NCBI GenBank assembly: GCA_965205215.1
Contig: OZ242041.1
Span: forward strand, 1,856,001-1,920,000
Origin: Nitrosopumilus sp.
GTDB taxonomy: Archaea; Thermoproteota; Nitrososphaeria; Nitrososphaerales; Nitrosopumilaceae
Reading direction: 5' to 3'
Length of the DNA: 64,000 bases
Positions 1-10,331 of this stretch are shown piece by piece. Position 1 is the stretch's first letter, and the number at the start of each line of letters is the position of its first letter. A program made the position numbers and the translations under genes. The notes under the pieces were generated by a model that worked only from the letters and a program-made list of their open reading frames with translations, was not told the DNA's origin and made no database searches.

Positions 1-7
1 CAGAGGT

Positions 8-310
8 GTGCCGGCTCATGGAAAATGCGAGGGGCAGAATGAAGTGATGCCGCACGGGAACCACAAGCCCTCAGAGGAAATGCTAAAGGATATGGACAAC
101 ACGCTCTCAAGGCTCAACGCCATGGAGATAGTTGCCTCTGACGAACTTCAAAAGGATACGGTAAGGATAATGAGGATGCTAGTAGAGGGGCAGATGCACT
201 CTATCAGGGAGTTTGACCACCTCAAAAAGGCCATGGACATAACGCTGGAGCAGATATTCAAGGTGCAGAACCAAGTAAACAAGCAGTCCTCTGGCGCAGG
301 CCAGAACTGA
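8..310 (+). CDS. Hypothetical helical protein
   Basis: 100-aa ORF with natural, helical composition; true start may be an internal ATG. Confidence 0.6.
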   Translation: MPAHGKCEGQNEVMPHGNHKPSEEMLKDMDNTLSRLNAMEIVASDELQKDTVRIMRMLVEGQMHSIREFDHLKKAMDITLEQIFKVQNQVNKQSSGAGQN

Positions 311-334
311 TCGTGCCCAACGCGTGGGACGTCG

Positions 335-973
335 TCAATCCAGGCGCGTCTCGCTCATGTTGCAGCCGGCGCACCGGTACAGGGCAGAGTTGGAACCGAT
401 CCTCTTTTCCAGATCCATGCCAGAGCCGCAGCACGGGCATAAGATCGCGTCCCGCGAGGAGTTTGGTTCTGATGGCGCGGCATCAGTGGCTTCTTTTGTT
501 GGAGGTGGCGGATCTGCAGGCTCGGACGGGGCAGGCTCGGCCACTTCAGGGCCGCCATTGTCGCCTCCATTGTCGACTCCATTGTCGCCGCCGGCATCAG
601 TGGCATCGGTCCGGCGCACGTTATAGCTGGGCTTTTGCTCAGGCAGGTCGGCGGCGGGATTGCACGGCGGCTTGTAGCTGCGGATGATGCGCTGCAGTAC
701 GGCCCGGCGCCGCTGCGCGCCAGAATCCTTCATTGGAAATACGGCCAGATACAGTGCCGAATCAGAGCCTGCCTTCTCAACCCAGCACTTGAACTGTTCG
801 TGCTGTATGAAGAAAGCCTTGTCGTCAGTATGCTCACAATCGCCCACATGCAGTATGTTAAAACGGTCACGGTCCCTCGACAGGACGGCATACAGGATCT
901 CGCCCATCGGAGGCCCCCACTCGGAGAGCGGCACGGGCCCCAGGAATTCGTACTGCAGTATCTGTATGCCCAT
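335..973 (-). CDS. Hypothetical protein with C-terminal zinc ribbon
   Basis: Globular N-terminus (MGIQILQYEFLGPVPLSEWGPPM), low-complexity linker with 12-bp repeats, then CPCC...CAGC. Confidence 0.7.
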   Translation of the reverse strand: MGIQILQYEFLGPVPLSEWGPPMGEILYAVLSRDRDRFNILHVGDCEHTDDKAFFIQHEQFKCWVEKAGSDSALYLAVFPMKDSGAQRRRAVLQRIIRSYKPPCNPAADLPEQKPSYNVRRTDATDAGGDNGVDNGGDNGGPEVAEPAPSEPADPPPPTKEATDAAPSEPNSSRDAILCPCCGSGMDLEKRIGSNSALYRCAGCNMSETRLD

Positions 974-1268
974 GCCATCAACAGGCGGCACAGGTTTTTC
1001 ACTGTTTCCCGCGCCGCGCACATGCAGAGATTACCAGAGGTGTGGGATGGATACTCGGGGTGCATCCCTGCAAGTCACACCAGTCTACTTCAAGACCATG
1101 CCGCACTTGCAGGATCGTCACACGCCGCGCAAATTTCACGAGAGCGGACGAAACCGTCACGTCGCGTCAGTCCCGATGCCCAGAAGGGGGACTTGGAACG
1201 GGATCAAACCTAGGCCGGCATTATTGACCTTGAAAGGATTAAATTCGAGGATCGGAGGCGCACAACAG

Positions 1269-1517
1269 ATGAGCAATCCCCACAACCACGCCAAGGTTGG
1301 ACATGCCATGATCGTAGTCTCTGCAAGCCTCGCTGCAATCGGCCTCTTGGCGCTTGCAATAGGCTCAGACGTGTTGTTTGCCGATAACATGCAGAGGGAT
1401 AGCACCATACACTTCAACGAATGCAAGGCCAACGACTTTAGAACCGAGGGATGCGAAAAGTACCACGACAGGATCAACAACGCCATATCTGGCATCTATG
1501 TCGACTTGGACGAGTGA
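1269..1517 (+). CDS. Small membrane protein
   Basis: ATG at 1269 after an AT-rich TATA-like stretch; one hydrophobic helix followed by a C-x8-C motif. Confidence 0.6.
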   Translation: MSNPHNHAKVGHAMIVVSASLAAIGLLALAIGSDVLFADNMQRDSTIHFNECKANDFRTEGCEKYHDRINNAISGIYVDLDE

Positions 1518-1647
1518 GGAGGCGCACCGCCCCGCGCGACGCTTCCGGCAGGCGTGATCTATCAGGGGAAGTGTCACACCTACGGACGGCCAAGGCGGGA
1601 CTCGGGGCATCCTTTTATTCCCCCGCTCCCCCGTGCCAAGGACGGGC

Positions 1648-1893
1648 ATGGCGAATAAGGCGACAGGCATCGCCAGAAAGGTGATGATGTACTCGGGGAT
1701 AGTAATGCTCGTGACGGGATTTGTATTTCTGCTGCAGAGTGAGGGAACGATCGGGCCCGAATCGTCGTTTATGTACAAGAATCCAGAATGGTATACAAAC
1801 GGCAAGGCCATAATGCTGGGAGGCGGCGGTCTGTGCCTTGCCGCACTTTTCATGCGCGGGACGCGGCAGCAAGAACAGTCCGGGCAGAAATAG
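1648..1893 (+). CDS. Small two-TM membrane protein
   Basis: Two hydrophobic segments flanking GPESSFMYKNPEW. Confidence 0.6.
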   Translation: MANKATGIARKVMMYSGIVMLVTGFVFLLQSEGTIGPESSFMYKNPEWYTNGKAIMLGGGGLCLAALFMRGTRQQEQSGQK

Positions 1894-1968
1894 ACAAGCA
1901 TACGCGTGTAGCCTGATAACGGCAAAACCAGCGGCAACGGCAGCAACAACAGCAGCGGCATCCAAAGC

Positions 1969-3384
1969 CTAGAACCCCGCGGATATGGGGTTTGGAGGCT
2001 TTATCAGCTCCCGGAGCAGCATCGTTGCAAAAGAGCCCCGGGCAAGTGAGAACTCCACGGTCTTGGCGTCATCATGCCATGCATAACCAGAGCACTGGAG
2101 TACGGCATCCCGGAACCCGCCCTCGCCGCTTGCCTCCTGCATCGCGTTTAGGAAGAAGGCACGCGGCTTTACTCCCTCGTCCACGAGCACGTCTGACACG
2201 TATGGCGCAAACCGCGTCTTTGAATAGTACGAATAGCCGACGATTGGTATCGCCACCGCGTCGCTGCGCACCCGTACAAGGCCGCCATGCGCGTCGACCT
2301 CCCGGCCGTTTTCGCCCCCGGATCCCGCCGTCGCCGCCGCAGACGCGGTCCCGTCATACTTGTGAAGATCACCGTGCCTGTCAAAACAGACGTCGCCGGG
2401 TTTGGGATCCAAGAGGCTCTCGCCTGCGGCAATGGCCGCGCTCAGGGTGCGGTTGAATACATACGACTGGTATGCGCTTACATACAGCCTGCGCAGCAGG
2501 AGCGGAACAGCGCGGAGCGCGCGGAGTGGGTCGCCGTGCCTGGCCAGTTCCTCCAGCACGGTTTTTTCTGTGTCCATGCCCGGCGGCAGCCGCCGCGCCG
2601 ACTGCGCGTACAACGCCGGGTCTGCAAGGTTCTCCCGTACCTCCCTGCGCTCCCGCGTGTCGTACGGCGACGCATACTCCAGTATCAGGCGCACGGCCTC
2701 GTCATAGTCACCCATTGTAAGGGCCCTGCCGACCATGTGCGTTACGGGGCGCCCCGAGCCAAACCTCTGATATCCGTAAAAGTTTGGGACCGAGTCTGCA
2801 TATGTCACAAAACCGGACGGATCGGGCGCGGTTGCCGCTTCAGTGGCATCCCCCCCGTTGCTGCCGCTGCCGGGATCTCTCCAGCCCCCGGATATCCGTA
2901 TGCGGAACCTGTTTCCAAGCATCTGTTTTTTTGTAAGTGGCCTCTTTGCATATCCGGCAAACGCCAGGCCGAACCTCGAGGCGCTGATGTCGCGGAGCCT
3001 CCTCCCCGCGGCCCCAGTCGAGCAGACATACTGCGTGGTGGCGGCCGATGCGTCCTTGAGTCCCAGTGGCTTTAGTTTGGCGCCCGTCATCTTGCGTATG
3101 GCGCCGAGCGCGTGCGCAGTGTCGATGCCCCTCTTGCGGAGCACGTACACTGCGTACCCTGTACCTTTCGCAGACGCGTCTGCGTCCGCGTTGCCGTTGT
3201 TGCTGCCGTTGCCGCCGGCGCCGTGATCGCATATCATCCTGAGGGCGGCCGGCGACAATATCTCCGACACTACAAAATCGTCCGGCGCCGCCCGTATGCC
3301 ATACCCGCGGCCGAGCCCGGGAAACGGCGTGGCATACACGCCTATTCCAATCGTGCGATCAATCTCGGGAACTGTGCCGCTCAC
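1969..3384 (-). CDS. truD: tRNA pseudouridine(13) synthase TruD
   Basis: DFVVSE, GLKDASAATTQY, GNRFRIRI, PNFYGYQRFG, LARGSFATMLLRE motifs. Confidence 0.95.
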   Translation of the reverse strand: MSGTVPEIDRTIGIGVYATPFPGLGRGYGIRAAPDDFVVSEILSPAALRMICDHGAGGNGSNNGNADADASAKGTGYAVYVLRKRGIDTAHALGAIRKMTGAKLKPLGLKDASAATTQYVCSTGAAGRRLRDISASRFGLAFAGYAKRPLTKKQMLGNRFRIRISGGWRDPGSGSNGGDATEAATAPDPSGFVTYADSVPNFYGYQRFGSGRPVTHMVGRALTMGDYDEAVRLILEYASPYDTRERREVRENLADPALYAQSARRLPPGMDTEKTVLEELARHGDPLRALRAVPLLLRRLYVSAYQSYVFNRTLSAAIAAGESLLDPKPGDVCFDRHGDLHKYDGTASAAATAGSGGENGREVDAHGGLVRVRSDAVAIPIVGYSYYSKTRFAPYVSDVLVDEGVKPRAFFLNAMQEASGEGGFRDAVLQCSGYAWHDDAKTVEFSLARGSFATMLLRELIKPPNPISAGF

Positions 3385-5111
3385 TGTACAATCACTGTGA
3401 CGAACCTGCCCACCGATATGTCGGGCGCCTGGGCGCCCAAGAGAACCTTGTATATCCCGCTTGGCGCGTCACCGGTGACGGCGATCATGACCGGAATGTC
3501 AGACAGCTTCGCGGCGTGTGCCTGGCCGTCGCCCCCGTAGCCGATGATGTCGTCTTGCGCCCCCGCATCTGACAGCATGGTGACAAGAACATGCGGGCTG
3601 CCGGACACCGCAAACGGCTCGATCTGCGCGGACGGGTCGCCACTGCTTGTGGCGGGGCCCGTAACGTCAAACGTCACACCTTCGATTCCGCCCAGGGCGA
3701 CAGAGACGTATGGCGTCGACGGCTCCACGTCAAAGGGCACCGGAATCGAGGTGTCCACCACCCCTATCTTGTTCTCGGCCCACTCCGTAAACCATATCCT
3801 GTCCCCGTGCACGTCAAAGTCAAAGACCTGTGCAACGCCGCACCTCTCAGGTGCCGCGCCCTCTGTCGCGTCCTGGCTTGCCCCGGACTGTGGGATTATG
3901 ACGTCCCCAACGTCACCACCATCGCCGGGCGCCCCCACGCAGTCGGCCCAGTGCGGGTTCTTTGACGGCACGTGGTACTCTACAATCTTCTGCTGTACTG
4001 GATCCAAGACCGAGATGTTGTTTGACGTCTGCGAGTTGAACACCAGGCGCCCCGCATCATCCGCGGCCATCCAGTACGGGCGCGACAGGGGGGACTTTAC
4101 CACCCCGGTCTTGTTTCCGTACGTCGACTCTGTCGGCGACGCGGTCACATACTGCGTGAAGAGCCCCGTTGCAGGATCAAACTCAAACACGGACGACGAC
4201 GTGGTGTCCGCGAGCCATACGCCACCGTCGCCGGATATCGCAATCCCGTTGGGAGTCTGGACGGTCGGAGGAAGCTCGATTAAATCCACAAAGTCGATTG
4301 GCGGCAGGTACGCCTGCCCCGTCGTCGCAGCGACGTCCACGTACCTGCCGTGATCAAACCTGACCAGATAGCCGTCTCCCCCCGGTCTCCCGTCCCACGC
4401 GGTATACCAGATATACCCGCCCGCGTCCGGGACAAAGCCGGCCGTAACCGTCCCGTCTATCGGTGACGGCGCCACCAAGAACTTGTCAGGCTGGCTGGGA
4501 TCCAAGAACACGAGCATGTTCCCGTAAAAGTCGTTCACCACAATCTGGGAGCCGTCCACGATCAGCCGCTGTGGCAGCGGATCCGACACCACTGCGGGCA
4601 CGGGGAGCCGGCCGTACTGCCCGGTTATCGGATGGAACACCCACATCGAGTCTGACGCGTCGTCAGTAAACCAGACCATCCCGTCGGGCGCATGGTCCAT
4701 TCCCCACATCATAGAGGTGGCGCCCTCAGGCCAGGAGGGGTTAGGATACTCTGTGAACGTCTCAGTCTCCAGGTCAAACGTCGCCACCCTGCCCGTGTTG
4801 GACTCGGCAAACCACGGGTTCCCGTCATAGTCCACGGCAATGGCAAGCGGGTTGGTGCACTCTGTCGGGATTGCAAACTCACGTATGTAGGCAGTCGACA
4901 GCGGCGGCAGCCCCGTGCCGCAGTACACAACCCGATCGGCCTCGTCATAGTTTGCAGAATAGTCACGGTCAAGGTCCGCGCCCGACGGCGCAAGGGGATC
5001 CATGCCACGCTCGGTCGGTTCCAGTCCCGGTATGGCAATTACCACAAGCGACGTGATCAGTATCCCTCCAAGAAACACAACCGCAAAGAGGCCCTTGGCG
5101 CGCTGCTTCAT
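3381..5111 (-). CDS. Membrane-anchored Vgb (virginiamycin B lyase)-like beta-propeller protein
   Basis: N-terminal TM; repeated 'D.DG..WF.E...G.I..FD' blades. Confidence 0.8.
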   Translation of the reverse strand: MKQRAKGLFAVVFLGGILITSLVVIAIPGLEPTERGMDPLAPSGADLDRDYSANYDEADRVVYCGTGLPPLSTAYIREFAIPTECTNPLAIAVDYDGNPWFAESNTGRVATFDLETETFTEYPNPSWPEGATSMMWGMDHAPDGMVWFTDDASDSMWVFHPITGQYGRLPVPAVVSDPLPQRLIVDGSQIVVNDFYGNMLVFLDPSQPDKFLVAPSPIDGTVTAGFVPDAGGYIWYTAWDGRPGGDGYLVRFDHGRYVDVAATTGQAYLPPIDFVDLIELPPTVQTPNGIAISGDGGVWLADTTSSSVFEFDPATGLFTQYVTASPTESTYGNKTGVVKSPLSRPYWMAADDAGRLVFNSQTSNNISVLDPVQQKIVEYHVPSKNPHWADCVGAPGDGGDVGDVIIPQSGASQDATEGAAPERCGVAQVFDFDVHGDRIWFTEWAENKIGVVDTSIPVPFDVEPSTPYVSVALGGIEGVTFDVTGPATSSGDPSAQIEPFAVSGSPHVLVTMLSDAGAQDDIIGYGGDGQAHAAKLSDIPVMIAVTGDAPSGIYKVLLGAQAPDISVGRFVTVIVQ

Positions 5112-5258
5112 GCCAGCAGTATCGCGACACCGTTAATATCTCTCTCTATGAACGGCTGGCCGGCGGGGCGCCCGGAAGGCGCGGATGCGGACAGACAAGG
5201 ATGGCACGGCCATGGCAAGTGACAGGCGGCGGCATGCGCGAACCCGGCCACACAAGGC

Positions 5259-5618
5259 TCAGAGCAGCTTGAGATCCCCGGTTATTCTGTCGACGGCACT
5301 CTCAGGCGCGGGACCCACCGACACGCAGGTGACGGTACCGGGATCAAGCTGGGTGTGGCCGGCGTCCGATACCTCGGCGTACGGCAGTCCGGCGCGTACT
5401 GCATCCATCTTCAGGCCGCGGAGACTCTCAAGTCCAGGGGCCTTTAACACAATCTTCTTCTGCCCGCCGTCCCACCAGTCCGCGTACCAGTCAGGGTGCG
5501 TCAGCCTTACGCGCTCGGCGCCCATCACAAAGGCGTGCCCAGCCTGGGCGGCCATCTTGCCGCGGCCCATCTTGAGATCCGTCCTCATTACAACCACCTG
5601 CTTTATCTCGCCGCCCAT
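5259..5618 (-). CDS. pth2: Peptidyl-tRNA hydrolase Pth2
   Basis: KQVVVMRTDLKMGRGKMAAQAGHA, DAGHTQLDPGT, ITGDLKLL. Confidence 0.95.
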   Translation of the reverse strand: MGGEIKQVVVMRTDLKMGRGKMAAQAGHAFVMGAERVRLTHPDWYADWWDGGQKKIVLKAPGLESLRGLKMDAVRAGLPYAEVSDAGHTQLDPGTVTCVSVGPAPESAVDRITGDLKLL

Positions 5619-6113
5619 GACGTGACACATAAGCGGAGCGTCAAAAACATTTGCAATCGCAGCAGGCGGGATCGAACGCCGGACACGCAAGTCCCTCAGG
5701 AGGCGTCGGGGCCGTCAGGCGCTGCTTGACGCCCTGCACAGGCGTCCAGACAGCCACGTATGCCCATACGGACAGGGAACGGCACCCAACACGTCGGGAC
5801 GTAAGTGCGTCGGGAGTCATCCCACAAGGCGTTCAAAGGAGTATGTATGACCGCGAGTGTTCGAATCCTGTCAAGATGCCGAAGTGACGCTTGCAGGAGC
5901 CCTTGCAGACTACCACTACCACAAAAACAACCAGCAGATGCACTCCGCTGCCGGGTATATGACGCCGACCGAGTCTGCCGCTCATCTGGATCTGAGAGAT
6001 AAAAGTGGTCCGCCGCATGGTTAGTCGTGGCAAAGACGGCCCCATTCTATAGGATCCGCCCCAAGAGCATTGCGGCACAAATCTTTTTTTGCACATTACG
6101 GGAATAAAACACA

Positions 6114-8627
6114 ATGAAGATCGCCATCGTATACAACAAAAAAAAGATTGACGACCAGGACGTGATCAACGTGTTTGGCGCGACCACGCTGGAGCACTAC
6201 TCGCACCGCACGGTGGAGCTGGTGGCCACCGCGCTGGAGCGCGGGGGGCATTCTGTAAAGATCATCGAGGGAGGAATGAGCTTTATCGAGGAGATGAAGG
6301 AGTTCATGCCGCGCGTGGTTTCGGGCAGCAGGCCCGGGATGGTCTTCAACATGGCGTACGGCATCCAGGGGCGCAACCGCTACACCCACGTTCCTGCCAT
6401 GCTCGAGATGCTCGGGATACCGTATGTGGGATCGGGACCCGAGGCCCACGCGGTGGTCCAGGACAAGGGAATGACTAAGATCGTCTTGCAGAGAAACGGC
6501 ATACCGACCCCCGGGTTCTGGATGTTTGGCTCCCCCGACGACGTGTTTGACGATCTGGTGTTTCCCGTGATCGTAAAGCCCAACATGGAGTCTACGTCCA
6601 TGGGGATGGACGTGGTAGACGACTGGGACAGCCTGCGCAGGTCGGTGCGAACCCAGATGGAAAAATACTCGCAGGAGATACTGGTGGAGCAGTTCATACC
6701 CGGCAGGGAGTTTGCAGTTGGGCTGCTTGGAAACGGGGCCAGCGTCGAGGTGCTGCCGATCGTGGAGATGGACCTTGGCGGCGATCCGAACCGCATACAG
6801 ACCATAACCGACAAGAAAGAGACGCCCGTTGAAAAGATCTGCCCCGCAGCTCTCGACGAGGAACAGTGCGCGCTCATGCGCAGGATTTGCCTTACGGCCT
6901 TTGGAAAGCTGGGTCTAAACGACTTTACCCGGGTAGACCTGCGCATGGCCGAAGACGGCAAGATCTACGTTTTGGAACTAAACTCGATGGCAAGCCTTGG
7001 CAAGACCGGTTCCTATTACACGGCTGCCAAGGCGGCGGGTTACTCGTATGACTCGCTGATCAACAAGATCCTCGACGTGGCGGCGATACGATACTTTGGG
7101 GAGTCTTCGCTCCAAGGCCGCTACAGCTACCACCACCACCAACATGACGACGACGGGGGCGGTGGCGCCGCGATCACGGGCATGGCAGCAGATGCGGCAC
7201 GCGCCGCGTCCGGGGGCGCAAGGCAGAGGGTGCAGGCGCGATCAAAGCCCGCGCCATCACCACACTCCGCGCCCCCGCTGCGCTCCATACTGCGGAGCTA
7301 TCTCAGGAGCCACCACACCACCAGTGAGAAACTGCTGCGACACCTAGTGATGACCAACTCCAGCGTCTACAACGTCGAGGAGGTCAACGAGATTGGCAGC
7401 ATCATGACCAAGAGGCTGGAGCACCTGGGGTTCGTGCCGCTCGTATACAAGGAGTTCGACGTGGGGGACATGATATACTATACTAACTATACGGGCGACT
7501 CTGCAGGCATTGACGTGCAGGCAGCAGCAGCGGCCGCAGCGGCCGCATCCCCCCCATCCGCTGCAGGCGGCTCGGGCGGCGCGGGCAGGACCGCCCGCAA
7601 GAACGACATCCTGATGCTGAGCCACCTCGACACGTGGTACTCCAACCGGGACTTTGCAGCGTTCCACAAGGCCGGCAGCAAGATGTACGGCTCGGGCATA
7701 GCCGAGTCCAAGGGGGGGCTTGTCACTATGCTGTCGGCGCTGCAGGCCCTGCGGTTTGCGCGCAGGCTCAAAAAGGCGCGGTGCGGCATACTGCTTGTAA
7801 CCGACGACTCGATAGGGGGGCGGTTCAGCAAGAAGCTGATCCGCGACATCGCGGCAGGCTACGACTACATAGTGGATCTCAAGTGGGGCATGCCAAACGG
7901 CGGCATCGCGACGTCGTGCTCTGGGATCACAAAGTATCACATCGACATGATGCACATAAGGCAGCGCGACGACACCATAAAGGACGTCATCCCGGACATG
8001 TGCAAAAAGGTCGTTGACTGGAAGAGGATGTCCGATTCGCACAACAGGGCAAGGGTCGTGATATCGGACATCTCGGCGCGCACCTCGTTTGGCAACTCGC
8101 CGGACTATGGCAGCCTCACGCTTACGACCAGGTACGTGACGCGGCGGCAGGGCGACGAGTTCGATTCCGAACTTCACAAGATCGCCAAAAAGAGGACAAA
8201 GTCCAAGCTTGACACGCACATCGTACAGCAGGCGAGGAGGAACCCCGTGGAAAAGACCGCAAAGACGCAGGGGTTCTTTGACATGGTCAGCAGGCTTGCC
8301 GACGAGTCCGACGTCGGGGTTTTGGAAGATCACAGGTATGCCTCATCCAGCCTCGGGGACATTGCGGACGCGGACAAGTTCGTGCTGGGCTCCATGGGCC
8401 CCGTGGGGGTCGACTACAGGACCCCGAATGAGCACATCATAAGCGACAGCATGATCGAGAGGGCCCTCCTGCTCGCGCTCGTCATCGACAAGCTTGCGTC
8501 TGAGAGGAACGAAGGCGGCGGCAAGAAGGGCGGAACGGCGGCGGCAAAAGAAGGGGCGCGGCGGCGGGCAGTGCATCGGATGCCGGCTGCAGACAACGCG
8601 GCCGCAGGTGGTGGGAGGCCGCAGTAG
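6114..8627 (+). CDS. D-Ala-D-Ala-ligase-like ATP-grasp domain fused to an M20-peptidase-like domain
   Basis: LEMLGIPYVGS, QDK, VKP, EQFIPGREF, RVDLR, LELN (ATP-grasp); C-terminal SHLDT, G.GIAESKGG (M20 fold). Confidence 0.85.
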   Translation: MKIAIVYNKKKIDDQDVINVFGATTLEHYSHRTVELVATALERGGHSVKIIEGGMSFIEEMKEFMPRVVSGSRPGMVFNMAYGIQGRNRYTHVPAMLEMLGIPYVGSGPEAHAVVQDKGMTKIVLQRNGIPTPGFWMFGSPDDVFDDLVFPVIVKPNMESTSMGMDVVDDWDSLRRSVRTQMEKYSQEILVEQFIPGREFAVGLLGNGASVEVLPIVEMDLGGDPNRIQTITDKKETPVEKICPAALDEEQCALMRRICLTAFGKLGLNDFTRVDLRMAEDGKIYVLELNSMASLGKTGSYYTAAKAAGYSYDSLINKILDVAAIRYFGESSLQGRYSYHHHQHDDDGGGGAAITGMAADAARAASGGARQRVQARSKPAPSPHSAPPLRSILRSYLRSHHTTSEKLLRHLVMTNSSVYNVEEVNEIGSIMTKRLEHLGFVPLVYKEFDVGDMIYYTNYTGDSAGIDVQAAAAAAAAASPPSAAGGSGGAGRTARKNDILMLSHLDTWYSNRDFAAFHKAGSKMYGSGIAESKGGLVTMLSALQALRFARRLKKARCGILLVTDDSIGGRFSKKLIRDIAAGYDYIVDLKWGMPNGGIATSCSGITKYHIDMMHIRQRDDTIKDVIPDMCKKVVDWKRMSDSHNRARVVISDISARTSFGNSPDYGSLTLTTRYVTRRQGDEFDSELHKIAKKRTKSKLDTHIVQQARRNPVEKTAKTQGFFDMVSRLADESDVGVLEDHRYASSSLGDIADADKFVLGSMGPVGVDYRTPNEHIISDSMIERALLLALVIDKLASERNEGGGKKGGTAAAKEGARRRAVHRMPAADNAAAGGGRPQ

Positions 8628-10331
8628 TTGGACATAGGCAGGGTCGAATCGTCGTTCTCCCCGTCCACATACGGCAGGAAGGCCGCATATTCCGCGAAGG
8701 GGGGCATGGTGGCGTCCGCGTTTCCAGACGCGACGCAGGCGGGAGTCGAGATGCTCAAAAAGGGCGGAAACGCAGTCGATGCGGCGTGCGCAACGGCCTT
8801 TGCGCTCGGCGTGTGCGAGCCGCAGGCATCCGGGATCGGGGGCCAGTCCATGTGCATAATGCACATGGACAGGAAGAGCGTGGCAATAGACGGCTCGAGC
8901 AGGTCCCCGTCGCGCGCTCACTCGTCGGCATACCATACAAAGAGGAGGCGCCTACTGGGCTACAAGGCGACCACGGTTCCAAGCACCGTGGCCGTGCTTG
9001 GGATAATGCACGAGCGTTACGGCGCCCTCGAGTGGCAAAAGGTGCTGGCGCCCGCCATACGTATAGCCAGGAGGGGGTACCGCATCACCAAGCTGCAGAG
9101 CCGCATCCAGGCAAAGGAGCTGGAAAACTTTCTGAGCATAAAGTCAAGGTCGGGTGCAAGGTACTTTCTAAAGGACGGACAGGCGCCGTACGAGGCGGGC
9201 GACAGGTTCGTGCAGGACGACCTGGCGCAGACGCTGAGGGCCATATCGGACAGCGGCTACCAGAGCTTTTACCGCGGAAGCATAGCAAAGCAGATAGACC
9301 TGGACATGCAGAGAAACGGGGGCCTCATACGGGAGGAGGACCTGACGTACATTCCGGAGCCCATAGAGAGGGCTCCGATCAGAAGACAGTACCGGGACGT
9401 CTCGGTGGTGACCATGCCCCCTCCCGCCGCGGGGCTGACGCTCCTGCTGACGCTGATGATGCTCAACCACCTGCCGTCCAGGTTCCTGCGCAGCAAGAAG
9501 CCGAGCTCCTACCACTTTGTCGCCGAGACGTTTAGAAAGGCGTTCTGGCACAGGGTGCTGCGCCCGTTCAACCCCCACACGTACAGCCAGATGCACGACA
9601 TGCACTACCACCACCTGAAGCGCTCGTTTGCAAGGCAGATGGCCGACTCCATACACAACTCGATGGACGACACGCTGCCGATCATGGACCATGCGTTTGG
9701 CGGGGACGAGGACGAGGGCGGGGAGACCACGCACCTGTCCGTAATGGACGACGAGGGGAACGCGGTAGGGATAACCCAGTCAATCGAGCTTCCATACGGC
9801 TCAAAGGCGGCGGCAGACGGGCTGGGGTTCCTGTACAACAACTACATGTCCGCCTTCGACTTTGAAAATACAATGAACCCGTTTTACATCAGGCCGAACG
9901 AGGTGCCGTGGACGTCGGTCTCGCCGGCGCTCATATTTCACGACAAGCGGCTGTGGATGGTGGTGGGAAGCCCGGGAAGCCAGAGGATCTTCTCGACGGT
10001 CGCCCAGTTTCTCATGGGGGTGGTCGACGGGAGCCTTCCGATTGACGCCTCGATGTACCTGCCGCGGCTCCACTGCACGATAGGGGGGGAGATCGGCATA
10101 GAGGACGGCGCGTTTGAGAAGCCCGTGATGAGGTATCTGGAGGGGCTGGGATACAAGGTCGTGGTCAGGGACCGGTTCTCGTTTTACCACGGGGCCGTCC
10201 ACGCCGTCATGAAGATGCAGACCCGGGACGGATTCCAGGGGGTGGCGGAGGTGAGGCGGGACGGCACCGCCGCATCCGCGGGTGGCGGCGTCGACAAAAG
10301 CGGCAACAGGCGCAGCGGTGATCGCCCCTGA
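8628..10331 (+). CDS. ggt: Gamma-glutamyltransferase
   Basis: GGNAVDAA, EPQASGIGG, nucleophile region ETTHLSVMD, GFLYNN, GSPGS; TTG start abuts the upstream stop. Confidence 0.92.
   Translation: MDIGRVESSFSPSTYGRKAAYSAKGGMVASAFPDATQAGVEMLKKGGNAVDAACATAFALGVCEPQASGIGGQSMCIMHMDRKSVAIDGSSRSPSRAHSSAYHTKRRRLLGYKATTVPSTVAVLGIMHERYGALEWQKVLAPAIRIARRGYRITKLQSRIQAKELENFLSIKSRSGARYFLKDGQAPYEAGDRFVQDDLAQTLRAISDSGYQSFYRGSIAKQIDLDMQRNGGLIREEDLTYIPEPIERAPIRRQYRDVSVVTMPPPAAGLTLLLTLMMLNHLPSRFLRSKKPSSYHFVAETFRKAFWHRVLRPFNPHTYSQMHDMHYHHLKRSFARQMADSIHNSMDDTLPIMDHAFGGDEDEGGETTHLSVMDDEGNAVGITQSIELPYGSKAAADGLGFLYNNYMSAFDFENTMNPFYIRPNEVPWTSVSPALIFHDKRLWMVVGSPGSQRIFSTVAQFLMGVVDGSLPIDASMYLPRLHCTIGGEIGIEDGAFEKPVMRYLEGLGYKVVVRDRFSFYHGAVHAVMKMQTRDGFQGVAEVRRDGTAASAGGGVDKSGNRRSGDRP

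Noticed and set aside
3381-5111. Antibiotic-resistance vgb
   Set aside because: Only the propeller fold is supported; it is membrane-anchored and sits in core context.
6114-7100. ddl as a sign of peptidoglycan or bacterial contamination
   Set aside because: Flanking genes are archaeal, composition matches the host, and no mur genes are present.
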